In this document: positions 1 through 13,800 of the stretch, in pieces | Layout of the letters: every line of letters begins with the position of its first letter | Position numbering within the stretch: position 1 is the stretch's first letter | DNA from: Paraspadella gotoi | Lineage: Eukaryota; Animalia; Chaetognatha | NCBI GenBank assembly: GCA_051294375.1 | Contig: CM119269.1 | Span: 14,829,918-14,893,917, forward strand | Reading direction: 5' to 3' | DNA: 64,000 nucleotides | Program-made: the position numbers and the translations under genes | The notes under the pieces: generated by a model | Database searches by the model: none | Told to the model about the DNA's origin: nothing | What the model saw: the letters and a program-made list of their open reading frames with translations, nothing else

Positions 1-163
1 TTTGTTGCCGACAATGAAAAAAGCAGGAGTTGGATTTCCCCTTTTCAGTTTTTATCTTATAGCTAAGCGGTGCGGCTTATTAACAAAACACAACGAAAAG
101 AAAGATAAAACACAATGTCTATCTTATACCTGTAAATGCCTGATTGTTTGCATTTTACACAAG

Positions 164-3100
164 GCCTTCTGCAGCGTGGGTTTGTTGGCAGTCCCCTACG
201 CTGTCAGCAAGATCGGATTCATCCCTGGCCTCATAGGTGGGAAAATCATTGTTTTTATGCTGCAATAAAAATGTAAATGGCGCATCTCGAACTTAACATT
301 CATCGAGTTATTTTTTCAGGAATCCCGATCGTCGGCATGTTGATGCTGCATTGCATGAGAATTTTGACGTTAAACGCCAGAGAGTTTTGCAAACTGACGC
401 GACGCGAAAATGTCGACTATGGGTAAATCAGTGGTTTCAATAATAGAATGTTACTAAGCAAAATTGATCTAACAAAGGAGATATATATGAGTAAATTACC
501 ATGATGATGTATCTAATTTGCTATCATGGTAACCCTCCACAAAAAATAACTTGTTGGTTCATCTCATAGCTTCTGCTGATATGAATCTTATCTGTTTGCA
601 TATTTGGTAACACAGGTTTTTGATTAAAATGTTAGTTGACTCCTCTACTTCCGAGTATCGAACCCGAAACACTTTCTGTGCACCAACAGCTTGCCCACTT
701 ACTCACCGATATAAGTTATAACCCTCCCCTCGATCCCTTCAGCTATGCACTTCAGTTCGCCTTCGAGTTCGGCCCTCCATCCCTCCGCTTCTTCTCTCGC
801 TTCGCCAAGCGTGCCATCAACGTGCTGCTCGGCATCATGCAGGTCGGCGTCTGCTGTGTCTGCATCGTCTTCATCGCCGATAACTTGGAGCAAGTCATCA
901 ACTACTACGCCGGGACGGACTTGCCGATTCAGGTCAGCTGAACCGGTTAGGGTTTTCCAAGCGAATCGCCGTGGTTTTCATAAAATTGTCCGTGAAAAAA
1001 GTCATTTAATATGATGACCTTAAATATAACTTTATATGGACATTTAATCGAGACTAAACTTTTAAAATGACCTTTACCCTAAGAATTATTCTTTTAATAT
1101 TAATTTGAGTTATAAATGTAATTTTTTTTAAAATACTAATTCTAAAATATTTTTGGTTTTTCAAATGATTTAATAAGCGGACCAATTTGAATTTGGTCCG
1201 CTGCTAAGATAAAAAGGCTCGATTGTAAGTCTTCTTGAGCCGATTCTCCGGTCATATTCCAGGTTTGGATGGCGGCTGTCTACCCCGTCCTTCTCGGCTT
1301 ATGTTGCATCCGCGAAATCCAAATATTGGCTTATGCTTCAGGTTAACAGATTTTTAGGCGGCTGGAGCAGGACATTTTGATACCGGAAAAATTATTATTA
1401 AATTTACCTAAAGATGAAATAACAATATTTTTCCGTTTTGTAAAGAAAAAAAATTGTTAAACAACCGAGTATTTTAATGTTATTTTGACATTTCCTTTTC
1501 GCTTTCACAGGTTTGGCCTTGGTGATTCAATTCGCCGGCTTCTTCCTCATATTCGTCTACTGCGGTATGGAGGCGTTGCAATGGAACCAAGTGCCGTTCC
1601 ACTTCGATCCGGCGGGGATCCCGGTCTTCCTATCGGCGATGGCCTATTGCTTCGAGGGAACAAACCTCATCCTTCACTTCCACAACCGGATGTCCGACAG
1701 GTCGCGACGCCGAGCGGAGGACATTTTAAGAAAGACTTTTGCTTTTCCATCATTGAACTTTTTCCCTCATTTTCACGTAGAGACGCCCTTCTGCCCTCTC
1801 ACGGTGTTCTTAACACGGCGATCTTCATCGTCGTTATCCTTCAATTCGCTTTCGGATTTTTCGGCTTCATCACCTTCGGTAATCGATACGTTTAATTGTT
1901 GATGTTATCAATAGCCGATTATATAGTTTTAACTAATTTTTGATCTTTATTATTTATTTTAATAACTTTTAAATTTTAGGGAACGAAGCCTTAGGAAGTA
2001 TCACGCTCAATATGCCCAATGATAACTTGTACCAGGTAAAACCAGAGTTTTTAATCATTCCCCCTTTTCCCCATATGTATAAATGTACATATTACATAAA
2101 CTTAAGCTAAACGTTACTATGTCCTACTACAGTCCCTGAAGTTTCTCTTTGCCATGGCCGTCACTGTCGGCTACGCGCTTCAATTCATGTTGGCTCACGA
2201 ATTGTTGTACGGTCGAATAAAAAAATGGATTCCCGATCCTTCCCGCCATTTGTTGTACGAGTAAGTAGTAATTATTAAAAAGTTTGAATATCGAAATAGA
2301 TAGATTTTGTTCCCTTTAAAAATATTTAGCTACGTGTTCCGGGTTTGTTTGGTGACGACGACGACGGCAGCGGCCATGGGCTTGCCACATCTTGGGCCAT
2401 TTGTTTCGCTAATCGGTTAGTTTATTAAATGTATACTCGTGTATTCATATTTTTACTTATATATTTATATAAATAAACTTTTGTGAAATCATGACGCTTT
2501 AGGTGCTTCTTTCGGTTTTCATCTGTGTCTCACGTTTCCCGCATTCATCGATTTATTGTACATCATTCCTCGACCTAGTCACTTTTCAAACAAGAAATAT
2601 CGGTACAGTAAATGTTTGACGTCATTAGTTAACAGATATTATTATGAAATTGGTACAACCGATTTAAAAATTATTCCTTCATTTAATAAATAAGCTAGTA
2701 TCTTGCCCCTGACTTTGGTAGCCCAAGGCCTCCATCCCTCTTACAAGATAATGACATAGAAGGTCCCTGCAAGCTTTCAATCAAGAATCTCTGACTGTTT
2801 TGTTTATTCACTCCCAAAGTACCTGGCTTCCCTATCAATGAAGTGGTATAATATTTCAAAGAATGTTTCAACCGTATGAAAAGAACACTCTGAAGAGACA
2901 GTGATAATTGTTATATGTTAATGACAGAACGGTTCAATATAAGCAGTCCCTGAGCTTCGGATCAGGCTGTAACACCATGTTACAGGCGGGTTAAGCGCCC
3001 CGTCCATCTTAACTGCTAGGCGACCACCGGGCTAGAACCCCGGACCTTTGGGTTGGGAGGCGAATGACTTGCGATGAACGGTTGGTGGATTTTAGTCCAC

Positions 3101-3352
3101 CATAACTCCCTTAAGTATTAGATCGGGGAATACTGTATTGTACTCCGCCCAGAATCAAAATACAAGGAGCTGAATTTTTTTAAATTGTTACATCCAATTT
3201 AAAAAATTATCCATTCATTTATGTTATTTTTTAATTGTAGATATTACGGGCGAATTGCTTCTGATCTCATCATCATCATCGTATGTATGGTGGCGTCAAT
3301 TTCGGGAGTCGTCACATCAATATTTGACATTGTGGAAGAATTTAAAAAGTGA
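164..3352 (+). CDS. Proton-coupled amino acid transporter (SLC36/PAT family), 5'-truncated by window edge
   Basis: GT-AG exons 164-236, 320-422, 743-932, 1263-1341, 1511-1700, 1781-1878, 1980-2035, 2133-2260, 2330-2415, 2503-2602, 3241-3352(TGA). Motifs GLLAVPYAV..IG, HCMRIL, VDYG, GVCCVCIVFIADN, YCFEG, FGFFGFITFG, GSITLNMP and P.LGPFVSLIG match the SLC36/Aa_trans pattern. Confidence 0.9.
2645..2737 (+). mobile_element. Dispersed intronic repeat family A (TGAAATTGGTACAA...TATCTTGCCCCTGACTTTG), copy 1
   Basis: Same ~90-bp motif at 25117-25217 (+), 35322-35430 (+), 12017-12093 (-) and partially at 3181-3220. Copies share a sharp TGAAATTGGTACAA end. Confidence 0.7.
2895..3104 (-). mobile_element. 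tRNA-derived SINE-like element, copy with A-box region deleted
   Basis: Reverse complement aligns with 16364-16595. It keeps the T-arm/B-box-like CCGGG-GTTCTAG-CCCGG. Confidence 0.75.
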
Positions 3353-4215
3353 TGTTTAATATTTTAACTTAATAGTTTTAACAACGGACAAATATTGTTG
3401 TTCATTTTAGTGTATTTCGCCGTGCACGATTAAGACTTGGCTTCATTATAAAACAAAGTTCAAGATTTTACGCGGACGATTTTCATGTTACAAACCTTAG
3501 TCATTCGACAAAGCTAATTGCTAGATATTCTGCTTGATACTGCGTATTGAGTATATCTCACAACCCTAATTCATATTCTATTTGTACAATGTACATTTGA
3601 CTTTAACAGAACATTTTTTTTATGTTCTTCTCTTTGCCCATATAACTTGTCCCTCCATCGGTATACCACACTTCGCTCCGCAATTCTTCCATTCTGCAAT
3701 AGGAAACACGCGACTACGGCAATGGATTTTTTTCTCATTGCAGTCTTCAATAAAACGAGAAGGCAGAAGAAAAAGTACAAACGGCATTTCGCCGGTGGCG
3801 AGACGCCGGACTCTGCCCTCGTCGGGATGGCTGGTGGGGTCTGCCCTATGAGCGGGGTTGGGGATGGGTAAAAGGGGGAGTGGGGAATAGTCTGTTCTCT
3901 CTGGCGTGACCATCGCCACTTTAAGTCAAATAGCGGCGTCTCCGTAGGTTCGCGTGTTTCATACTCGGGGAAAACACGAAATCGGATTTTTGGCAATTTG
4001 AGGATATTTTCGACTTTCGAATGGACAACATTTCCAGAAGATTTTAAATTTGTCCCCATTTTGTTACGAAAACCAAACAAAAAACAGTACCATTAAGTCA
4101 ATATAACGTTCGCCCGAACGTCGAGCACGATATTAGACATCAAAAAATAAATCCGCGCCGAACTTAAATAAGAAAAAGGGCAACGATATACGTCCCGTCC
4201 TCTATCGTCAAAGAG

Positions 4216-5474
4216 ATGTCGCGCCTCTCCAGACTCGAAGACCTCGCGGACGATTCGGCACTGGACGGAACGCCGGACAATTTTTCGCCGGGCGTGGCTG
4301 CTCCGGACGCAAGGGGAAGAAAAAAGAGCGCCGGGGCCAAAGGCGCCTCTGGAGGCGTGACATGCGGTACCGGCGTCAGAAGTCCTGAACAAGAACACGA
4401 CGTCAGCAGCGATGACGACGAAGAAACAACGAGACTAACGAGGAACAGGTGAGCCGTCGACCAAGGCTGAAGGCGACAAACACTTTGCCAAACCATATCA
4501 AAGAGAAACGATGCTCTGGAGATTAGGGACAAGCAAAAGATGTATCAAATCACGCCGTCAAGGATGCTGATAAGCAAAAATGGACAAAGCTTTGTTAGAA
4601 TGTTGCCTTAATATTAGATATCATAGAAATCGTTAAAGGTCATAATTACAATGTGTGTCAGATTGACCTTCCATTGTCATTGTTTTCAAATGAGCACTTT
4701 TTCTGCAGTCGAGAACGAGCCACTACAGGAGATTCCTTCCTACGTCGCTTCGTCGACGACCTGCGTCGGCGTCCAGCTTCGGCGCTGCGCCGTTGCGTTA
4801 ACGTTGCCTGCTGTTGTGGTCACGGAGCGCAATACCAGCGGACGGTCGACGACGGTTACGCCCTCCATGCGCCCGACAAGACGCCTTCGTTGTCCCATCT
4901 GCGAATCGAACAAGTCCTTCCCGGCGTCACAGATGTCATCCCCGACGGCGACGGTGTCCAAGGCGCCTCTTCGATTCGCGTGCACCTGGCCGAGGCAAAG
5001 AACGCCGAAACGCCGGCGCCAATCACGAGGATAAACGCTGCACCAACGACGCCTACAAAAAACGCCGCCTTGAGAGTCGAGAAACCGAAACCGCAGACGC
5101 TGCAGCTGCAGCGGCAGGATGATTCGCAGAATTCGGAATATGCAGCAAAAATCGTTCAAACGACGACAATAGCTTCTCCAAAGCGACCGCCTGAAATTAA
5201 TCGCGGAGAAGAATCATCAGCTCCAGTGGAGACGATGATGATTACGACCGATTCCGACCGTAAGTCTATCAAGTCGGCGCTGGAGCAGCTCGCCGACAGA
5301 TCATCCTCCTCTGAAAGCATTGATCTCGTCGGCGAGGATGTTGGAGAAGCACCGACCACGACGACGACGACGACAAACGTCGGAACGTCGAGCGAATCGA
5401 AGGCGACTTCAATGATGGGCGCTTTGGTCAGCATCAAGACATTGGACGCCACGCCGTGGGAAGCCAATATTTGA
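4216..5474 (+). CDS. Two-exon gene for an uncharacterised, largely low-complexity protein (~332 aa)
   Basis: Exon 4216-4448 (donor AG|GTGAGC) joins in frame to 4709-5474 (acceptor TTTTTCTGCAG). GC content is exon-like. No domain recognised; S/T/D-rich with a VACCCG cluster. Confidence 0.6.
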
Positions 5475-5662
5475 TTTTTTTTTTCTGTGATACGGCTCTA
5501 AGTTGCCTATTTTAATAATTATGCGTATTATTAAAATTTCTTGTAATATTCTCGTAAACTAGTAGCTTGTAGCTTTTTTAAACTTACCGTGTTTTAGTTG
5601 CGCCGCAAGTACTCACTTTTCGGTCGGTCTGTCCTATCCCGTGAAAAATATGAAGAAAGGAT

Positions 5663-5712
5663 ATTGACAATATTAATTATTATGACAATATTAATTATTA
5701 TGACAATATTAT
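5663..5712. repeat. 18-bp tandem repeat (GACAATATTAATTATTAT) x~2.6
   Basis: Direct reading of the sequence. Confidence 0.8.
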
Positions 5713-6578
5713 AGTCACAAAGGCTGAACATGACAAATGAGCATCGGTCGACCGGAGCCCGAAGTTCTCGTGGTGCCAATATAATATTAATAACGACCGA
5801 AGCCTTACATTTTTTACAACGTAGGAAACTCATTTTAATAATCTTATTTAAAAGATTAAAAAATATTCACGTGAAATGTTTATAATTTTTTTTTCTGAAA
5901 TAAAAGAGACAATTTGACAGTTAAGACGATAAAAAGCTAAAACGATTTGAAACAATATTACATTCAAACAATAAATGAGTATTGAGCAAGACTAATTGCA
6001 CTGATGGCACTAAAAATAAAAAATAAAATTCAACAATTAAGGATCATTGCGGACACTGCAAATTGGAAAAGTATTAAGTATACCAATGAAAATTATGAGT
6101 AAATATCATTATAGTTCCTAACAATGTTTAGAAAGGTTATTAAAATCCTCAAAATATTTAGTCTTGCAGCTTCTTTTCCACAGAAACAATTGCACTAAAA
6201 ATTCTCATTCTAGAATTATCCGGTCTTTACTCGTAAACTATTTTCGCAATTACGTCAATCCGTTTTCGTCTGAGCCGCCAATCGCCTGGATACAGACTAT
6301 GGTCTGTCCAATAGCATCTCTCATATTAAAAGCAAAATGCTAGACGTAATATGATCGCTCGTCCGCGAATGGCGTATCGAAATAGAAAATTTCGACCAAT
6401 GGCGTCGCTTAAACGAAAGATTCAGACACGCCGGACTTCTCACTTTCGCTCCCGACGCGCGTCATGTCGCGTCACGTCCAGGCAGAAATAAAACTCGGTT
6501 CTAAGAAAACGTTGTTCGTGCTTTGCAAATACTGCGCGGGAGCGAGAGGCAAACGGCAGAGCCCGCGAGGAATGATGT

Positions 6579-6609
<31 letters not shown>

Positions 6610-7161
6610 CGTGAAGATTCTAGAATTATTCAAGGGCGAAACGAATTGCAGAAACTTACGCAGGTTAACATTTCTCCCGGATTTCAAATCTGACATCTGA
6701 CGTTAGCCTATTTTTATTTTTCCGTGAGACTAAGAGGAACTCGGTTTATAAAACCGTTCCCTTTACGTCACGCAATCGCACGCTCCCATTTTTTTTTCTA
6801 GAAATCGTGATTCGCTTTTCGTTTCAGATCACGAATATAATCGAATCAGAACTTAAATTTCTGAACTCTCGAATATAAAAATCTGAATAAAATTTATTCT
6901 CCAACCAAAATAAAAACCAAAACAAAACAAAAGGATCAGAATCTCATTAAATATTTTTCTTCTATACTTTAACATTTAAATTCAAAAAAATCAATATTAC
7001 CTCTTTCTCTCTGTATACTTGATTCTTTTTTTTTTCTGTCGTATCATACCTACTTTGCTTGGAATATAACTTATAACTTTTAATTTAAATCCATCGCAAA
7101 ATAAACAACAACAAAAAAAGAAAAAGAAAAAAAATCTCAAAAGAACCAAAACGAAACAAAA

Positions 7162-9940
7162 ATGTCCGAAATCAAATCTTCCGAAACGGAGGCTTTTCTG
7201 TCGCCGAAGCGCGGAGGCGACGACGACTCGGAATCCAAGTCGATGTCCGAAACAAAAACAACGAACGAAACGGGAAAACAGAAAACAAACGAAACGGAGG
7301 GAACGACGCCGAGTCGAAGTTCGAGTCGTCACACCTTCGAACCTCCGAAATCGGGGATTCGAGTGACGCCGCTCCCGACGCCGGTTCCGTCGCCGGGGCC
7401 CTCTCCTCCTACGTCACCAAAACGCGGCGGCGCTGGCGCCCCGTCCATCGGCCCTACTGCCGGGCCCGCCTCTTCGCCACCGGACAGGCAAACTTCCACC
7501 GAGGTCCGGCAAGCGCTCTTTGAAGTTTTGCCGCAAAACACCGACGCAGTCAGATTTAACATCGGAGCGCCAGGTAGTGAAGCGAGGGAGTTCAATTTTT
7601 GTAGTGTAACATATTCAACGTGTAATAATTGTTATGTATGTATTTAAATATCTCTAACTCAAGTGTTAAAAGTTGTTAACTTTCTACCAGAATTCCAAAT
7701 TGCCTTCTTGTTTTCCCACAATTCTCAAATAGATGACGTTGACGGCGACGACGACGACGTCGAAACCTGTCCCAAGTCCCCCGATTTCCGCCACGACACC
7801 ATCATGGCGTCCGCTGGGGGCGCCCCCAAAATACAACTCCAGTATCTCTCGAGCTCCATGTTCGAGCCGCCAAATCCGCAAAAATTTGTCGGTAAATGTT
7901 TCAAAAGATGTTTATCATTAAGCCTTAAGGGCCTGAGAATGTTAAGGACGAAATCACCTAACTAAACTAAAATTTAAAACTTTATTTTAATTCAGCGAAC
8001 CTATGTATAACTGATAATAACCGCGAGGTTTGGGGACGTTCCTCACTATTTTCGTCCAAATTTTCTATTATAAACATTTGGATTAAACTTTTCGCTCGTT
8101 TTTTTTTTCCCGTTCCCCTTCAGTGACGCCGAGTTGCGACAGCCTCGACCCAGAGACGCTTCATCTCCTCAATGTCAAATCGCCACGCCCTCTCGGCGAC
8201 TCCAAGGGATCGTCGCACGAGGCCAGTCAAGCCTCCGCCCTCTCCGACATCTCCATGGGATCGGAGGGTGGGTGCGTCCCCAAGTGCGTCAGGGTCGAGT
8301 GGGACAATAAGGTAAAATGAGGTTGGGTCGAAACAAGTGGCTAGTTAAGATAGCGATAAGAGGGGACCCAAAATTAAGTAGATTTTTTCATACTAATTTT
8401 TATTCTAAAATTAGAAACAATGCCGATAAATACTTGTTTTGCGGTTGAAGGACCCGGATATAAAAAAAAAGGTGAGTCATTTTTTCAAATAACTGGCTGA
8501 GTCATGAGTCAATATGATGCAAAGACGCGAGGTGAGTCACGATCTATTTTTTTGCGCAGTTCTTTGTCCTTAAAATTGGAACGGGAATCGTTACTCACCA
8601 TTTCAATTCCCTCCCCTTCCCTCAGATCCAGTTCATGCTGGCGGTGATCGGCTACGCGGTCGGCCTCGGCAACGTCTGGCGATTTCCTTACCTTTGCCAG
8701 AAAAACGGAGGCGGCGCTTTCCTCATCCCTTACTTTCTCATGTTGTTCGTTGAAGGGATTCCGCTCTTTTATCTAGAACTCGCCTTCGGGCAGCGATGGA
8801 GGAAGGGCGCTATAGGTGAGGACTGATGACTGGGTGAATCTTGGGAAAGGGTAGATGAGAACGTTGAGATTTTTTTAGCTTATTGGGCTTATTGAGGCTT
8901 TTTGGGCTTATAGCGCAATCTTTTTTTGCGAGCTGGAAGTGGAAGAAAACTAGTGAGTTCTCTCCGCCATGATTTCTTTTATTTCATTTTTTATTATTCT
9001 TCAAAGACATCAATTTATTTGAGAAAGATTTGTTTTCGTTCTTAATCACGATCGGGTTTCCAACACGAACTCATTATATTTTCTCTGTCAACCTCTCAAC
9101 TTCTCTGCTCCCCCATAAGGCGCCTGGGGCCTGGTGAGTCGACGCCTGGGCGGCATCGGCGTCGCCAGCTGCGTCGTCTCCATCTACTTGGCCCTTTACT
9201 ACAACACCATTATCGCCTGGTGCTTTAGCTACCTCTTCTCTTCCTTCCAATACCCGATGCCGTGGGACGCCTGCCCGGAGGCTGCGGCTGACGCGGCGGC
9301 GGAGGCGGATGCTGCCACCGCGAACGTCACGCTCCCCTGGCGACCCGAACCTGAGTGCGATCTGAGTTCCCCCACACAGTTCTACTGGCAACGATCCACG
9401 CTGGCCACTACGGGTTCCATTTCTGACTTTGGCCAAGGGTGGAATTTTTGGTTGTGGGGTTGCGTCATCCTCGCCTGGATCGTCGTCTACGCATGCGTCA
9501 TTCGTGGCATTACATCCGCGGGAAAAGTCGTCTACTTCACCGCGACTTTCCCTTATCTCGTTCTCGTCATTTTCTTCTTCAGGTGTGAGTGCGTTGATTT
9601 TGGCGAGAATGCTGGAATGCGGGAACCTTTGAGTTGTTTTCATGTTATTCTTGTTGTCACGTTTTGAAAGTGTTGCCCGTTTTAATAAATGAAGATTTTT
9701 CGTTTTTACAGAGGCGTCACTTTGCCTGGGTTCAGCGATGGAATCATACATATGTTCACTCCGGACTTCAAGAAACTGGTTGAGCCGCAGGTTTATAACA
9801 GAGAGAATGAATGAATGAATGAATCTACGGATTCGGCCCTGGCCCTGGGCCCAGTGGGCACGCTTTCTGTGGCCTTAGTAAAAACTTCGTTAATAAAAAG
9901 CAAACGAAAAACACAGAGATTGGAAAATTATGAGAGAGAG

Positions 9941-10011
<71 letters not shown>

Positions 10012-10185
10012 CCGAAGCGGAGAATTGGAATTGATATGAATTGAATTGAATTGAATTGAATTAAATAGATTTTTATTGTTATTCTTCCGTGCAGAGAATT
10101 TATTACAAGATCGAAGGATAAGAAAAAAGATAATCAAGGAGGAGAGAAGAGAAGAAGAGAGAGAGAGAGAAGAGAGAGAAGAGAG

Positions 10186-10224
<39 letters not shown>

Positions 10225-10823
10225 CGGTCATTCATCCCATGAGTGATTGAGCATTGACGGTTTAATTAATTTTCCTCATGACCGAAGCTTCAGTCAAGAA
10301 AAGATCGAAAATAATTTTCGTGATTTTCTATCGGTCATTAACATTTACAACAACAAGCAAAAAAGTACTAATCGATATTTATCTGTATGGGCATTTATTT
10401 CAGGCTAAAAAGGTTCAACTGCTGAATTGAATTGAATTGAATTTTCACGACATCAACAGTTGCGACCTCTCCTCTCTTTTTTTCCGTCGTCGTTTCTGTC
10501 TAAAAATAGATTGTGTTCGTGTTGAGGAAGCAAATATCCGACGCCTGCGTTATGAACTCTTGAGATATATTTTGAGAGAGAGAGAGAGAGATAGGGAAAA
10601 AAGGGAATGGGAAAGAGTGAGATAGAGATGGAAGGGGAAAGAGTGGAATAGAGACCGAAGGGGAAAAAAAGGACGGTTGAGACTTCAGGAGATAAGAGAG
10701 AGATAGAGAGAGAAGAGGAAGATTAAAATAGAGACAGTGCTAAACGAAGTGGAAACCTGAGGCGAACATGAATGTGCGTGGAAGAGGAAGAAAGAGAGAG
10801 GAAGAAAGAGAGAGGAAGGGAGA

Positions 10824-10856
<33 letters not shown>

Positions 10857-13800
10857 TGAGGGTGCTTTTTTCCCTAAACGCTGAGAATGAGGGAACTCTT
10901 TTCTCCATATCCGCATCCCCCACATCCACCCCCAAACTCCTCCACAAGGTGTGGCTCGAGGCGGCGACCCAGATCTTCTTCTCCCTCGGCCTGTCGTTCG
11001 GCGGCGTCATTGCCTACGCCTCCTATATGCCTCTTCGCAACGATTGCTTCCGCGACGCCATCGTCGTCTCCGTCACCAACTGCGCCACGTCCATCTTCGC
11101 GGGAATCGTCATCTTCTCCATTTTGGGCTTCAAGGCGCACAAGGTTGGTTGATTGATTGATTGTTTGGTATCGAATATTAATATAATTATTTAAAATCAT
11201 TGACAATGAGTAATTATTTATATATTCATTTATTAATATGAAATTTTTATTTGATTTATTGACTAATTAATTTATTTAAAATATAATTTTGATTGATTTA
11301 ATTCTTTCATTTACATGTATAAATGAAAAGATTTGGTTGATTATTAAATTGACTCAAAAAGAAAAAATAATAATTACCATAAATAATGACAATAAATTAT
11401 TTAAAACAAAAATCAAACTTAATAAATCAATTGATTGATTTCATTGTTGCATAATATTAATAATATTTCTTAAATCGACAATCGGAATCTTATTATACTT
11501 TTATTTATAAATAATAATCCGTTTTTCATTTATCCAAGGCGTTGGATCACTGCAACCACGAGCTGGAAGAGTTTTTCCAGCATCAAATGATTCCATTCGT
11601 CTTCAACGAAGAAGGAAATGTCGCCAACGCGTCGACGCTTCCACTTCCCGGCGCCACATACGTCGCGACGACGAACACGACGACGAACACGACGATGAAC
11701 ATGACGATGCCGTCGGTCATTCCGGTTCAGGTGTGGCGGAAGGGAGAGGGTGTAGTGGTGCCATGGCGGGGGGCGAAGAACGCTATGGTGGAGATGAGAT
11801 GCGCTGTGAAAAGGGCGAAGGGTTCTGTGATAGAGAGAGGAGGGGGTTTTGTGATAAGGGCGAGGAGGAAATCGAGGAAGATCGAATTCGTCGCTACGGA
11901 AACGAAATGATGACGAAGCGATTTTCCTTGGCGGTTTTTGCAATTCGCAAAAATTGTAAAGCAAAATAAGTGAGGAGTGAATAAACTCGACTGAGAGAGA
12001 ATTTTGATTTAGAGCTTGCAGGGTCCTGTCTAAAGGCAGGGGCAAGATATCTTATTTATTAAATGAATGGATAATTGATTGTACCAATTTCATATGACAA
12101 AGGTTTTGTGCTAAAACGAGATTCATTTGAAATCAATAAAAAAATGTAAATATTTAAAGTAGTCTCGATTTCCCCCCCCCCCCCCCCCTCCTCCTTAATT
12201 GTAGTTGGTCTGCGACTTGAAGACGGAGTTGAGCACGACGGCGTCGGGAACGGGTCTCGCCTTCATCGCCTTCACCGAAGCCATCTCTCAATTCGGAGCC
12301 TCAGCCCCTTTCTTCGCCGTCCTCTTTTTCCTCATGCTACTCACTTTGGGTAAGTTGGGTTTTTTTTTTGTCGAAGAGAAAGAAAAAAAACTTCTTATAT
12401 TTCATGATTAATTGTACTTCAAAATTAAATTTAATTACTTTTGAATTATAATTATTAACTATTTCTGACAAATTGGATATTATGAGAAAGAAGATTAATT
12501 TTGGAAATATCTTTACTAATTTGTTAGTTAAGTTAAATATATAATTAGTCGTTTTTCTCTTCAGGTCTGGGTTCCATGATCGGCACCATGGAAGGAGTCA
12601 TCACTTCTATGATTGACATGAATCTTTTTCCCGGAGTCAGAAAAGAATTCGTCTCAGGTGGACTCTGCGCGATCCTCTTACTCGTCGCCCACATCTTTGT
12701 TCCGGGTAAGCTTGATTGCTCCCTTGATTTATTCATTGCTTGGTTTATTCATTTGATTGTTTGCTCGCTTGATTTATTCATTGAATCATTGACCCATTAA
12801 TCGATCGAATGATTCAGAGCTGATTTATTTCTTATTTGCCTTTCTCGTTTTACTTTTTCCTGTTTTTTATTTACTTTCTTTCTTTGATTCCTTCGTTCTT
12901 TATTTTATTTTAATTAGCCAAGTCTAATACACTATACAGATAATAATAACATTTTTTTGATAAAAATATGTTTAATAATTATAATAGTCAATCGACTTTC
13001 TCTCTCAGGCAACGGGAATTACATCGTAGGATTTCTCGACACGTTTGCCTGCCCCATTCCTCTCCTAATCATCGCTTTGCTGGAGTGCATCGGAGTCTCT
13101 TACGTCTACGGAGTGAAGAAGGTGAGGCGGTGAAGTCTCTCTCTCTGTCTGTATGTCTGTCTGTCTATCTCTCTTTATATCTCTCTCAACTCAAGTGATT
13201 TATTTGGGAGCCTTTCATTTGTTAATGATATCTATGACAGCTGTCGAGATTCCTCTCTTTATCGTCAGAATAACTGAAGCATTCTTTTTTTTTCAAACTC
13301 GATTGAATTTTTATGATTTATCGGTTTACTGTTGGTTTTAAAGAATGTTTGATTGATTGACTGATTGATTGATTAAATAATTTATTGTTTGATTGACTTT
13401 TTTTTCCAACTCTCAGTTCAGCGACGACGTGGAACTGATGACGGGGCGACGCCCGTCTCTCTTCTGGCAAATTTGTTGGAAGTTCGCTTCTCCCGGAATC
13501 ATGACCACCGTGCTGCTGGCTTGCCTCGTCAAGATGTTCATGTCGCGGCCTACATACGAAATCTGGTAATAGTCGGTGGTCGAAGATATAATTATAATTA
13601 GAAATAGTTAAAAATAGTCGAAAATAGTCAAAGATACTCAAAGATAGTCAGAAATATTCAAAGCTTTCAAAAGACAGTCGAAAATGATAAGGGATAGTGA
13701 GAAATAGTCAAAGATAGTTCAAAATAACGTCAGAAATAGCCAGAGTAAAAAACAAAGACAAAGTAAAAAACAAATCCAAAGTAAAAAAAAATGCCAGGGT

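Noticed and set aside
3571-4532. Minus-strand ORFs of 99-169 aa
   Set aside because: No recognisable motifs or splice support; partly antisense shadows of the gene starting at 4216.
13600-13745. CRISPR-like array
   Set aside because: Simple degenerate minisatellite without unique spacers, in a eukaryotic intron.
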